NCBI GenBank assembly: GCA_963729215.1
Contig: CAVSND010000019.1
Span: 199,801-263,800, forward strand
Direction: 5' to 3'
DNA from: an uncultured Acidobacteriota bacterium
Lineage (GTDB): Bacteria; Acidobacteriota; Vicinamibacteria; Vicinamibacterales; CAVVIG01
DNA length: 64,000 bases
The notes under the pieces were generated by a model. It saw only the letters and a program-made list of their open reading frames with translations, was not told the DNA's origin and did no database searches. Both the position numbers and the translations under genes were made by a program. Of the stretch, positions 9,824 to 19,412 are shown in pieces; the first letter of the stretch is position 1; every line of letters starts with the position of its first letter.

Positions 9824-10702
9824 ATGCTTGCGGGCGATAACATGCACTATTTCGGCAAATTCCAGGAGAGCTCGCTCGTCGCGCACCGGGTCTTCGACGG
9901 CCACGGCCAGGGTTACACACACGCGCCGCTGATCGACCACACCACCGGCTCCGTGCATACGGGCCTGAGCATCAACGAGCTCGGTCCCGGGGGAAGCATC
10001 GCGCCCCACGTGCACTCCTTCGAAGAAGGGTTCTACCTGCTGTCCGGCGAGGCCGTCGTCAGCATCAACGACCAGGCGTACCGGCTTCGCGCGGGCGACT
10101 TCGGCGTCGCCAAGGTAGGCGCGCTCCACGCGTGGCGCCAGGCGGGTTCCGTGCCGGTGCGATGGATGCAGATGGCGGCGCCCCAGCCGAAGCCCGTGGG
10201 CAAGGAACGCGACACGTTCTTTCAAAAGGGCGGCGTCGCGCCCGGCGATGCCAGCCCGCTCGACCTGAACGATCTCAAGGGCAATCTGCTGGGACATTTC
10301 GACGCCAGCATGATTCCGCCCGTCGCGCAGCGCACCAACGTCGCGCCGGGCCTCGAGGGCGTGTTTCTGAAGTGGATGATCGACGAACATTTCGGCGCAC
10401 GCCATCATCGGATGTTGTTCATCGAGTACCAGCCGGGCGTCAGCATCGCGCTTCACGATCACACGTTCGAAGAGGCGTATTTCATCCTGACCGGCGAGGT
10501 CCAGGGCACGATGGACGGTCAGACCTATCTGGCCAAGCCGGGCGACGTCCTGTGGACGAGCGTCGGCTGCGTCCACACGTTCGTCAACGTCGGCAAGGAA
10601 CCCGTCCGCTGGCTCGAGACGTTTGCGCCGATCCCGCCGGCGGAAAACGTCTTCCGCTTCATGCGCGACTGGGAGAAACGGCAGAAGGAGCTGGAGGGAT
10701 AG
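9824..10702 (+). CDS. Bicupin (two cupin-fold domains) protein
   Basis: 292 aa with two cupin metal-motif regions (GGSIAPHVHSFEEGFYLLSGEAVV...GALHAW and PGVSIALHDHTFEEAYFILTGEVQG...GCVHTF). No signal peptide. ATG 9842 is an alternative start. Confidence 0.8.
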   Translation: MLAGDNMHYFGKFQESSLVAHRVFDGHGQGYTHAPLIDHTTGSVHTGLSINELGPGGSIAPHVHSFEEGFYLLSGEAVVSINDQAYRLRAGDFGVAKVGALHAWRQAGSVPVRWMQMAAPQPKPVGKERDTFFQKGGVAPGDASPLDLNDLKGNLLGHFDASMIPPVAQRTNVAPGLEGVFLKWMIDEHFGARHHRMLFIEYQPGVSIALHDHTFEEAYFILTGEVQGTMDGQTYLAKPGDVLWTSVGCVHTFVNVGKEPVRWLETFAPIPPAENVFRFMRDWEKRQKELEG

Positions 10703-10704
10703 CC

Positions 10705-11190
10705 GTGGCAGTCGCGAAACTGCAGATGACGGACGAGCAGCGAAAGTCGGTCGCGCTGGAATACCTCAAGGCGTTCGACAACAAGGGCGTCACGTCGAAC
10801 GGCGGCAGCATCCTGGATCTTTTCGCGGACGACGCGCAGGTGTTCTTCCCCAAGTGGGGGCTGGCGACCGGCAAGAAGCAGATCGCGCAGCTGTTCACCG
10901 ATTTCGGCGGCAATATCAAGAGCATCCTGCACGACTACGCGAGCTTCAACTACATCATGACGGGCGGCGACATGTTCGCCGTCGAAGGCACGAGCGCCGG
11001 TGTCCACCAGGAAGGCCCGTGGCGCGCCGGCGTGTCGCACGCCGGCCGCTGGTGCGACGTGTTCGAAGTGCGCGATTTTCTCATCCAGCGGTGCTTCATC
11101 TACCTGGATCCGGATTACGCCGGTCTCGACACGGCGCGTTATCACTGGCTGTCGGCCGGCGGACGCGACGCGTCGAAGCCGATGGGGTAG
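10705..11190 (+). CDS. NTF2-like (SnoaL-type) small protein
   Basis: This is the C-terminal ~160 codons of ORF 10132..11190. GTG 10705 is preceded by GGAGGG, and ATG 10726 is an alternative start. Sequence (ALEYLKAFDNKG..., FFPKWG..., RWCDVFEVRDFLIQRCFIYLDPDY) fits a cone-shaped alpha+beta NTF2 fold. The upstream part of the long ORF overlaps the bicupin and is not credible. Confidence 0.65.
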   Translation: MAVAKLQMTDEQRKSVALEYLKAFDNKGVTSNGGSILDLFADDAQVFFPKWGLATGKKQIAQLFTDFGGNIKSILHDYASFNYIMTGGDMFAVEGTSAGVHQEGPWRAGVSHAGRWCDVFEVRDFLIQRCFIYLDPDYAGLDTARYHWLSAGGRDASKPMG

Positions 11191-11200
11191 GCAAAAGAGC

Positions 11201-11227
11201 AGAGGTTAGGGGTTAGAGGTTAGAGGG
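11201..11227 (+). repeat. AGAGGTT heptamer tract (4 units)
   Basis: agaggtt aggggtt agaggtt agaggg ends 7 nt before ATG 11234, so the last unit supplies a GAGGG Shine-Dalgarno-like motif. Confidence 0.8.
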
Positions 11228-11233
11228 CTCACC

Positions 11234-13061
11234 ATGAGACGACGAATAAGTGTGGCGGCGATCATCATCGCCGGTTCGAGTGTGTCCGCGTTCGCGCAGG
11301 CGCCGGATGGCGCGGCGGTCTTTCAGAAGACGTGCGCGACGTGCCACGCGCAGCCCAGTCCCGAAAACCGCGCGCCGAACCGCGAGGCGCTGGCGCTCTT
11401 TGCGCCCGAGTCGATTCTCACGTCGCTGACGACGGGCAACATGTACCGGCAGGCTCAGGACCTGAGCGACGCGGAGAAGCGCGCCGTCGCGGAATTCGTG
11501 GCCGGCCGCAAGTTCGGCACGGCGCCGCCGCTTTCAACCGTCGGCCGATGCTCGTCGTCCGCGCCGCCCATGACCGATCCGGGCAAGGGTTCGAACTGGA
11601 ACGGCTGGGGCGGGACCGTCACGAATACCCGGTTCGTTCCAGCGGACAAGGGAGGGCTGACGGCGCCGCTCGTGCCGCGACTGAAGCTCAAGTGGGCGTT
11701 CGGCTTCCCGGGTGTGACCGCCGCGCGTTCGCAGCCGGCCGTCGTCGGCGGGCGTGTGTTCGTCGCCAGCGAGAGCGGAGACGTCTTCTCGCTCGACGCG
11801 AAGACAGGCTGCACGTACTGGGCGTTTCATGCGCAGTCGGGCATTCGCACCGCGGTCTCTGTCGGACAGGTACAAGGCCGCGAATGGGTCGGCGTACGCC
11901 ATCTACTTCACCGATGGCGCGGCCACCGCCTACGGCGTCGACGCCAATACCGGCAAACAAATCTGGGCGCGCAAGGCAGACGATCATCCGCAGGCACGCG
12001 CCACCGGATCGCCCACGTACTTCAGCGGCCGAGTGTACGTCCCGATGGCCGGCCTCAACGAAGAAGCGCAAGGCGGCCGTCCAACGTATGAGTGCTGCAC
12101 GTTCCGCGGCAGCGTCACTGCGCTCGACGCGAGCACCGGCGCTGTGGTGTGGAAGACGTACACAATCGCGGAGGAACCAAAGAAGCGCGGCCTCACGAAA
12201 GAAGGCGTGCAGGCGTGGGGACCATCCGGCGGTGGCATCTGGGCTGCCCCGACGATCGACGCGCGCCGCCGCGTTCTCTACATTTCGACGGGCAACGGGT
12301 ACTCGGACCCGCAGACGCCGACCACCGATGCCGTGATGGCGATGGATCTCGATACCGGCAAGGTGAAATGGGTCGCGCAGCCGGTGCCGAACGACGTCTG
12401 GATGATGGGCTGCAAACCCGAGAACCCCGACAACCCACGCTGCCCGGCGAAGCAGGGGCCGGATCACGATTTCTCGGCGTCGCCGATGCTCGCCAGGCGG
12501 ACGAACGGCAGCGACATCGTCATCATCCAGTCGAAGTCGGGCATGGCCTACGGATTCGATCCCGACAAGAACGGCGCGCTGATCTGGCAATATCGCACCA
12601 GCGCCGGCAGCGGCCTCGGCGGGCAGTGGGGCGGCGCCGTGGACGACAAGCTCGCCTACTTCGGCGTCAACGGGACGCTTTCGCAATCGCCCGGCGGCAT
12701 GCGCGCCGTAAAGATCGACACCGGAGAGGAAGTGTGGTCCAAAGCGCCCGCCGACAAGCTGTGCGGCACCGCGCGCGGCTGCAACGGCGCCCAGGGCGCC
12801 GCGCTCACAGCCATCCCGGGCATCGTCTTCTCGGGCTCCGGTGACGGCGGCCTCCGGGCCTACGCGAGCGATGATGGAACGATTGTGTGGCAGTTCGACA
12901 CGAATCGGGAGTTCCAGACGGTCAACGGCGTGAAGGCCACCGGCGCGACGATGGACGGTCCAGGCGCCGCCGTCGTGGACGGCATGCTCTTCATCAACTC
13001 CGGCTACGGCGGCATCGTCGGCCGGCCGGGGAATGTGCTGCTGGCATTTGGCGTGGACTAG
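11234..13061 (+). CDS. PQQ-dependent dehydrogenase (beta-propeller) with N-terminal c-type cytochrome domain, PVA-dehydrogenase-like architecture (one frame change as assembled)
   Basis: Signal peptide, haem motif CATCH and a downstream Met (TTGNMY). PQQ-propeller-like repeats follow (AVVGGRVFVASESGDVFSLDAKTGCTYW, YGVDANTGKQIW, ALDASTGAVVWK, MDLDTGKVKW, GGLRAYASDDGTIVWQF). ORFs 11234..12091 and 11754..13061 join at about 11865-11875. Confidence 0.8.
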
Positions 13062-13069
13062 AGCGAGTT

Positions 13070-13140
13070 GCACAATGCCGTAGCGGCCGGCTTTAGCCGG
13101 CCGGCGAGCGTCCGCCTAAAGGCGGACGCTACGGCTGACA
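13070..13140 (+). repeat. REP-like double-hairpin element, copy B
   Basis: Starts 9 nt after the stop at 13059-13061. Identical to copy A except at loop and linker positions (TTCA->TTTA, TGAA->TAAA, GGCGAA->GGCGAG). Confidence 0.85.
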
Positions 13141-13173
13141 CAGTTTCGACGTTGGAAGATCGGGGAGAACAGG

Positions 13174-14229
13174 ATGCGCGCGAAGATTGCAGCGATCGTG
13201 TCCGGGTTGGTGATCGCGTGCGCGAGCGCTTGGGCGCAGGCGCCTGCGCCACAGCCGGGGCCCGTGCCGAGCGGCGCGGTTGTCGGCTCGGGCAACTTCT
13301 TCAGCCCAATCGTCGCCGACCTCGACAAGGCGATCGCGTTCTACCGGGATGGCCTGGGACTCGACGTTGCCGCGACGCCGAGCAACGCCGACGCGAACCC
13401 GGCGCTTCGAAACATGTTCGGCCTTCCCGATGCACAGATTCGCTGGTCGATCGGCCGCCCGCCCGCGATGCGCACGGGCGTCGAGATCGTCGAAGTGAAG
13501 AAGGCAGGCGGCCGCGCGTTCGAGCGGCAGATCCAGGACCCGGGCGCGTTCACCCTCGTTGTCGTGGTTCGTGACGTCGACGCCACGCTGGCGAAGGTCA
13601 AGCAGGTGGGGGCGCCGGTCGTCACAACCGGCGGACTGCCAGTCACGTTCGGCACCTCGCCAAAGGTTCGCGCCGTCATCGTCAAGGATCCGGACGGCCA
13701 CTTCGTCCAGCTCACGCAACCCGACCCGCTGCCGCCTGCAACCGCGCCGGATCCGCCGAACGTTATCGGCGTCCGGGTGAGGCTCACCGTCGAGGATGCC
13801 GAAAAGGCGATGCGGTTGTACTGGGACGCGCTCGGCATCCGGGGCCTGACGCCGGGGATGTTCAACAGCGACAAACCCGTGCTCGATCTGCTGGGCGTGA
13901 AGGGCGGTCAGTATCGCCTGAGCACGGCCCAGATACCGACCACCGGCCTTCGCCTCGACTTCCTGGATTTCAAGGGCGTCGATCGCCGGGTCGTCCGGTC
14001 GTCTATTCAGGACCCCGGTTCCACGCGCATGCAGCTGCAGGTGCGGGACGTGGACGAGGCCATCGCGATGCTCAAGCGAGACGGCGGCACGGTGGTCTCG
14101 ACCGGAGGCAACACCGTGGAACTGCCCGGACGCGGCGGGAACACCACCAAGGTCGCCATCGTTCGCGACCCGAACAATCTGTTCCTTGTCTTGTTGCAGG
14201 TGGCCCCGCAGCCGCCGAGGAACCCGTAG
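13174..14229 (+). CDS. Secreted tandem VOC (glyoxalase/bleomycin-resistance/dioxygenase fold) protein
   Basis: 351 aa with signal peptide GLVIACASAWAQA. Two similar halves each show the pattern D.D.A..FY.D.LG...(I)VKDPDGH/VRDPNN. Confidence 0.7.
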   Translation: MRAKIAAIVSGLVIACASAWAQAPAPQPGPVPSGAVVGSGNFFSPIVADLDKAIAFYRDGLGLDVAATPSNADANPALRNMFGLPDAQIRWSIGRPPAMRTGVEIVEVKKAGGRAFERQIQDPGAFTLVVVVRDVDATLAKVKQVGAPVVTTGGLPVTFGTSPKVRAVIVKDPDGHFVQLTQPDPLPPATAPDPPNVIGVRVRLTVEDAEKAMRLYWDALGIRGLTPGMFNSDKPVLDLLGVKGGQYRLSTAQIPTTGLRLDFLDFKGVDRRVVRSSIQDPGSTRMQLQVRDVDEAIAMLKRDGGTVVSTGGNTVELPGRGGNTTKVAIVRDPNNLFLVLLQVAPQPPRNP

Positions 14230-14279
14230 CGCCCGCGTTCAGGCGGACCTCCGGCCGAGCCCGGTCCCGATAGCAGCCT

Positions 14280-15183
14280 ATGCACGCGCGACTGTCTTGT
14301 GCCGGTGCAGTTCTCGCGATGACCACCATCGGGCTGGCCGCGGCGGACAAGCCCTCGGTCACCGATGTTCTCGCCCGCGTGGGCGACTACGTCGTCCGCT
14401 ACGAGCGCGAGCTATCGGGCATCGTTGCGGAGGAGCGATACGCGCAGACCGCTGACATTGCCGACCGGCCCCAGCTGACGCATCGCCAGCTGAAGATCCG
14501 ACCTGTTGCTCGTACAGGCTCAGGGCCGCGACGGCCAGGGCTTCATCCAGTTCCGCGATGTGTTCGAGGTCGACGGCGATTCCGTGCGCGACCGCACCGA
14601 GCGGCTGGTCACGCTGTTCGTGAATCCCTCCACGGCATCGAGGGATCAGGCCTTCGCGATCATGCGGGAGAGCTCGCGCTACAACATCGGCAGTGTCGAG
14701 CGGAACGTCAACGTGCCCGTGCTGGCGCTGTCGTTCATGCACCCGCGATACCAGTCTCGCTTCAAGTTCACGATGGACTCGGAGGGCGCCGGCGTGCCGA
14801 GGGGCATGCCGAAAGCGTCGAATTTTTCGCTGTCGGTGGATGTGCGCGTGCTGCATTTCCGTGAAGTCGGGTCGCCCCCGCTCATCGACTCGCGGAACTC
14901 GAAAGCACCCGCGAAATCGCACGGCCGCGTCTGGGTCGAGCCCGACACGGGGCGGATTCTCATGACCGAGCTCAATATCGACACGTCCAATGTGGAGAGC
15001 ACAATTCAGGTGAGCTACCAGTCGGAGCCCGTCGTCGGATTTCTCGTGCCGATCGAAATGCGCGAGCGCTACGTGATGCCGAAGCGCGCCTACGAGCTCA
15101 CGGGCACGGCGACCTACGGCAATTTCAGGCGCTTCACGGTGAAGACCAACGAGACCATTGCCGCGCCGAAAGATGTGCCGTAG
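14280..15183 (+). CDS. Hypothetical exported protein (one frame change as assembled)
   Basis: ORF 14280..14864 (signal-like AVLAMTTIGLAAA, YVVRYERELSGIVAEERY) continues in ORF 14506..15183 (SDLLLVQAQGRDGQGFIQFRDVFEVDG...). The frame change is at about 14488-14500. I do not recognise a family. Confidence 0.55.
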
Positions 15184-15225
15184 CCACGGCGTTCGGACGA
15201 TATAATCCACACAGCGAGGACCTGA

Positions 15226-16224
15226 TTGATGCGAATGCCTGTGTCTCGACATGCGCTCTTTGTGTTGGCCGCACTGGCGGCCGCGTCAATTTCCGTGGGC
15301 GCTCAATCACCTGCGTCGCCCGCGCCGAAGACGGCCGCCGCCAGGCCGGCGAAGGCGTGGACGATACCGCGCACGGCGGATGGACAGCCGGACCTGACCG
15401 GAAACTGGACCAACGCCACATACACGCCGCTCGAACGGCCCGCTAATCTTGGAACGAAAGAGTTCTACACACCGGAAGAGGCCGCCGTTGTCGAGAAGGA
15501 GCGGGTCGCGCAGTTCAACGGCCAGGCGGCCGACGACCTCCACTACGACAACGCGATCTGGCAGAACGAAAACTACAACAAGGGTCTGTCGAGCCTGCGC
15601 ACATCGCTCGTGATCGACCCTCCGGACGGACGCGTTCCGGCTCTCACCGACGAGGCGCGCCGCCGCCCCCTGCCGCCACAGGCGGGCAGTCCCGATCGCC
15701 GTACGGACGGCTACGAGGATCGCTCGCTCGCCGAGCGGTGCATCACCTGGGGCAACGACGGTCCGCCGATCATGCCCGTCGGCTACAACGCCAACCTCGA
15801 TATTTTCCAAGGTCCCGGTTATGTCGTCGTGCGGACGGAGATGATTCACAGCGCGCGGCTGATCCCGATCGACGGGGCGCGTCCGCACGTGGGCCAGAAC
15901 ATCCGGCAGTGGAACGGCGACTCGCGCGGCCACTGGGACGGCAACACGCTCGTCGTCGAGACGACGAATTTCAACGACCGCGTGCGGTTCAGGAATTCGA
16001 CATCCGGCGTCAAGGTGACCGAGCGCTTCACGCGGGTGTCGGCCGACGCGATCACCTACACCTTCACGATCGAGGACCCCGCGACGTGGACCAGATCCTG
16101 GACGGCCGAAGTGCCGATGACCAGAACCCAGGGTCCGATTTTCGAGTACGGCTGCCACGAGGGGAACTACGGTCTGGCCAACATCCTCCGTGCCGCACGA
16201 GTCGAAGAAAAATCCAGCGAGTAG
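15226..16224 (+). CDS. DRC...CHEGNY family, paralogue 4
   Basis: 332 aa with a signal peptide. Motifs: ADGQPDLTGNWTN, DPPDGRVP, SLAERCITWG, IHSARLIPIDGARPH, GDSRGHWDGNTLVVETTNF, ERFTR, FEYGCHEGNY. Confidence 0.85.
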   Translation: MMRMPVSRHALFVLAALAAASISVGAQSPASPAPKTAAARPAKAWTIPRTADGQPDLTGNWTNATYTPLERPANLGTKEFYTPEEAAVVEKERVAQFNGQAADDLHYDNAIWQNENYNKGLSSLRTSLVIDPPDGRVPALTDEARRRPLPPQAGSPDRRTDGYEDRSLAERCITWGNDGPPIMPVGYNANLDIFQGPGYVVVRTEMIHSARLIPIDGARPHVGQNIRQWNGDSRGHWDGNTLVVETTNFNDRVRFRNSTSGVKVTERFTRVSADAITYTFTIEDPATWTRSWTAEVPMTRTQGPIFEYGCHEGNYGLANILRAARVEEKSSE

Positions 16225-16576
16225 CCACACCAGGCTCGTGTATTCGACCAGCACGGGCGGCGTGTGTCCACGCTGCGGCTGGCCGCAACGCGACTGCAAA
16301 TGCAGCACGCGCACGAGCGAGGCGTCCGTACCCGCTCGCCCCGGCGCGATTGTCGCCAAACTCCGCATGGAGAAGAAGGGGCGCGGCGGCAAGATGGTGA
16401 CCGTCGTCGACGGTCTTCCGAACAACGCCGATTTCCTGAAAGAACTGATCCAGGAACTGAAACGCGCCTGCGGCACGGGCGGCGCCGCGGGCGACGGCTT
16501 CGTCGAACTTCAGGGCGATCTTCGCGACAGAGTTCGCGAGTTGCTGACGAAGAAAGGCTACGTCGTGAAGGGGTAG
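16190..16576 (+). CDS. yciH: SUI1/YciH-type translation initiation factor
   Basis: RLVYSTSTGG N-terminus and SUI1-domain pattern (KGRGGKMVTVVDGL...ELKRACGTGGA...ELQGDLRDRV) resemble E. coli YciH. GTG 16190 overlaps the previous gene by 35 nt, so the start is uncertain. Confidence 0.85.
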   Translation: MPHESKKNPASSHTRLVYSTSTGGVCPRCGWPQRDCKCSTRTSEASVPARPGAIVAKLRMEKKGRGGKMVTVVDGLPNNADFLKELIQELKRACGTGGAAGDGFVELQGDLRDRVRELLTKKGYVVKG

Positions 16577-17533
16577 AGGTTAGAGGTTAGAGAGAGGCCC
16601 GCCTCGGCAATCAGCGTTTTCATATCCAGCGGCACGGGCGCTTCGAGCGCGACGCGCTTGCCCGTGACGGGATGCGTGAAGGCCACCCGCCACGCGTGGA
16701 GGGCCTGGCGAGGGAACGTCCATCCTGGCTTTCCGTTCGCGCGGGCCGTCGCGTACGTGGTGTCGCCGACAATCGGCCAGCCGCGCGCGGCCAGATGGAC
16801 TCGAATCTGATGCCTCCGCCCCGTGGCCAGGCGGCAGCGAAGCAGCGACAACTCGGTCCCCCTCGAAATCCGAACGAACCGCGTGAGGCTGGGGACTCCG
16901 TCGCGGGCCGACGCGACCATCCGCCGCCGGTCGTTCCCGTCAACAGCCAGTCGAAGATCGATCCGCTCCCCGTGCGGTGTTGACCCTCCCGTACACGACG
17001 GCGAGATAGTCCTTTTCGCTCTGGTCAGACGTCATCTCGCGCTGGAGCGCCGCGTGAATCGCCGCGCTTTTCGCCACGAGCAGAATCCCGGAGGTGAGCT
17101 TGTCGAGCCGGCCCACGAGGGACGGGCGATGACCGTCCGCCCATTCGCGGGCATGCCAGAGCAGCGCGTTCATCAGGGTGCCGCCGGCGTGCCGATACGT
17201 CGGATGCACGACCACGCCCGCCGGTTTGTCGAGCGCCAGCAAATGCTCGTCTTCGTAGAGCACGTCCAGCATGGCGAGCGCATCGCGCGCGTCGGACGCG
17301 GCCGGGCGGCCCCTCGTGGTGTCGGTGAATTGAACGGTCACGACGTCGTTGCAGGCCGTCCGCGTGGAGACGCGTGAGACGATCCGGCCGTTGACGGTCA
17401 CCTGGCCGTCTTCGATCCACGCCTGGACGCGCGTGCGCGTGGCCGCGCGCACGTCGGTCAGATGCCGGCGGATGACGAGATCGAGGCGAAGGCCAGCGTC
17501 TCCACGATCGGCCGTCAGCGTTCGGAGCGTCAA
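16558..17533 (-). CDS. RluA-family 23S/16S rRNA pseudouridine synthase (one frame change as assembled)
   Basis: S4-like N-terminus (RLDLVIRRHL...), catalytic-Asp region LVGRLDKLTSGILLVAK, and C-terminal GRRHQIRVHLAARGWPIVGD. ORFs 16940..17533 (TTG start) and 16558..16920 join as ...VNTARGERIDLRLAVDGNDRRRMVAS at the C4 run 16968-16971. The last ~12 codons run through the heptamer repeat and may not be native. Confidence 0.85.
16571..16597 (+). repeat. GGTTAGA heptamer tract
   Basis: gggtaga ggttaga ggttaga gagagg overlaps the yciH stop (16574-16576) and the 3' tail of the convergent ORF 16558..16920. Confidence 0.8.
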
Positions 17534-17538
17534 GAAAG

Positions 17539-17653
17539 TCCCTGGTGCATGGATGCTTGGTCGTCCTTGGTCCGTGGTCCTCAGTCCAGCGGACTATCAG
17601 GACAGGACCACGGACCCTGGACGGACCAGGAACCAGGAACCAAGCACCAGGGA
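17539..17653. repeat. Long imperfect palindrome built from heptamer units (CCAGGAA type)
   Basis: The left arm (tccctggtgc...ggtccgtggtcct) and right arm (aggaccacggacc...gcaccaggga) pair at both ends around a central AGTCC-AGC-GGACT. The right arm reads ggaccac ggaccct ggacgga ccaggaa ccaggaa ccaagca ccaggga. It lies between the stop of 17666..19016 and the start of the rluA-like gene. Confidence 0.8.
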
Positions 17654-17665
17654 CCGTCCTCGTCC

Positions 17666-19016
17666 CTACCTGCCCGGCTCGCGAAGACCAGAAGGCAGCC
17701 GCGGCGACGCGAGGAGGCTCACGAATTCGTCCCAGCGGCGCGCGGGCTGGGTGGCGGTGCCGCCGCGCGATTCGACGAACTGTTTCACGAGGTCCTTCCC
17801 CAGGTTGTAGTTGATCACGTAGCTGCGATAGGTGTCGTAGAAGCGCGTGCGTTGTTCGGCGCGAGGAGGCGACATCATCGCGTACCGGGCCAGCCAGGCG
17901 GCCGTGCCCGCGCCGATCGACCTCACCGTTCAGGTACCGGCGCGCCGCCTCGTTGCCCGAGTACGCCAGCCGATCTGTGAGCACCTGGAGCCGGCTGTAC
18001 ATGTCGGCCTGCGAGGCGTCGAGCCCCGCTTCCGGATACAGGACGTCGCGCTCGAATCTCGCCCGCTCGTCTCCGGGAAACGCGACCTCGATGCCGTAGT
18101 TGGCCGTGCCTTCGGCGATGAGCGACTGTGGCGAAAACAGGGCGTACACCGAGAACTCAACCCAGCCGCGCTCGCGGACCAGGCGCTGCTCGAGCAGTGC
18201 GTTGTACACGTGGTGGCCGGGATACCCCTCGTGGCACGCGAGATCGACGGCGCGGTCGATGTAGATCGGCAGGTCCGTGTTGACCTGGATCAGGCTGCGA
18301 TAGCCGCCCTGGTACCAGTTGTAACCGCTCCATGGCTTGTCCTTCACGTATTCCACGGTAAAGGACTCGCTGTCCGGCAGGCGCACGTGTGCCAGCGTGC
18401 GGGCGCGGCACTCGGCGATGGCCCGATCGAAGACGCGCGTCAACCGATCGGGCGGGATGACAAACTTCTGGCGGTACGCGTCGTAGCGCTCCACGAGCGG
18501 TCCGCTGCCGGGAAGCAGCCGGCCGATTTCATCGAGCGCGGCCTGATAGTACGAGTCGGGATGCGCCGGCGAGACGGCGTCGTACAGGGCCTGCGACTCC
18601 TCATCGAAGGTCAGCCTGGCTCCCTGCAGCATCCGCACACGTGCCCGGAGCGCCTCGAGCTGCCGCCGCAGGTAGTCGTGTCGCAGGACGAGGAGCGTAT
18701 CGCGCCGGTCGGCGTCCGTGAGATCGGGGATCGCCCCAATCAGCTTCGCGGCGTCGCCATCGATCTCGGTGAGCGGCCGCTTGAGCCGCTGGGCGTCGGC
18801 TTTCCACTCGGCGGGCCCGAAAAACGAGTCGACATAGTCCGCATCGTGCTGCCCGACGGCCAGCACCAGCTTCACGTACTGCTCAGCGATCGCATTCATC
18901 GGCAATTTCTGCGAGCCTCGTGGCGCGGTTGGGCGATCGACCGTGCCGGTCTGCTGCGCCGACGCAATCGCGGCCAGCGCGAGCGCCGCCAGGCAGGTAG
19001 GAAGCCACCGGTTCAT
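17666..19016 (-). CDS. DUF885-like putative metallopeptidase-fold protein (one frame change as assembled)
   Basis: Signal peptide LAALALAAIASAQ and motif CHEGYPGHHVYN, as in DUF885 proteins (HExxPGHH). ORF 17025..19016 is credible down to ...RRYLNGEVD and continues in ORF 17666..17926 (IGAGTAAWLARYAMMSPPRAEQRTRFYDTYRSYVINYNLGKDLV). The join is at about 17915-17930. Confidence 0.7.
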
Positions 19017-19303
19017 ACCGATCCCATTGTAGAAGAAGAAGGCGCATCGACAAGCGTGTAGGGCAGACCGGCGATTCCGACATTCCGCGTCGAGGCGTTT
19101 GAGTCTGACAGATTGTGATGACGATCAATGCTGCGTGCGCGAGCGCAGGGATGCGGCCGTTCTCTCAGCATTCTGGCGGCGCGAACGGACATCACCCTAC
19201 GTCGTTGTCGGTCTGTGACCGCGGACGTTACAGATACGTGACACTCGGATCCGGTCTTCGTTGAAATTCCCCTGTGAATTCTCGCGTCGCGCATCTGCAC
19301 GCG

Positions 19304-19319
19304 TGGAACCTCGTTTGCA
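19304..19319 (+). promoter_or_regulatory. Candidate sigma-54 (RpoN) -24/-12 promoter for the porin-urt operon
   Basis: TGGAAC-CTCGT-TTGCA has the exact GG-N10-GC spacing of the consensus TGGCAC-N5-TTGCW. It lies ~95 nt upstream of ATG 19413. Confidence 0.45.
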
Positions 19320-19412
19320 CTTCGCGTCGGTCACACGAGAAATCCGCGTCTGTTCGTTCCGACAAACACGAAGAGTCTTCGATGCGCTTCGCGCGCGACG
19401 AGAGGGTGAACC

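Noticed and set aside
10132-10704. Long N-terminal extensions of ORFs 10132..11190, 23177..24610, 33545..35194, 42008..43825, 17025..19016 (3' part), 28685..30448 (3' part) and 53416..53550
   Set aside because: These parts overlap better-supported genes or repeats and translate to Arg/Pro-rich low-complexity sequence. Credible starts with SD motifs or stop/start overlaps exist further in.
11201-11227. Telomere-like TTAGGG repeats / G-quadruplex
   Set aside because: There are only 3-4 units, they are internal to a bacterial gene cluster, and the G-runs are mostly GG, so at best a weak two-tetrad structure could form. The heptamer-repeat explanation is sufficient.
19017-19303. NtrC-type enhancer sites upstream of the sigma-54 promoter
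   Set aside because: Only loose TGCAC-containing segments are present (e.g. around 19296 and the near-palindrome tgcgtgcgcgagcgca near 19132-19147). None matches the TGCACC-N5-GGTGCA layout well enough to report.
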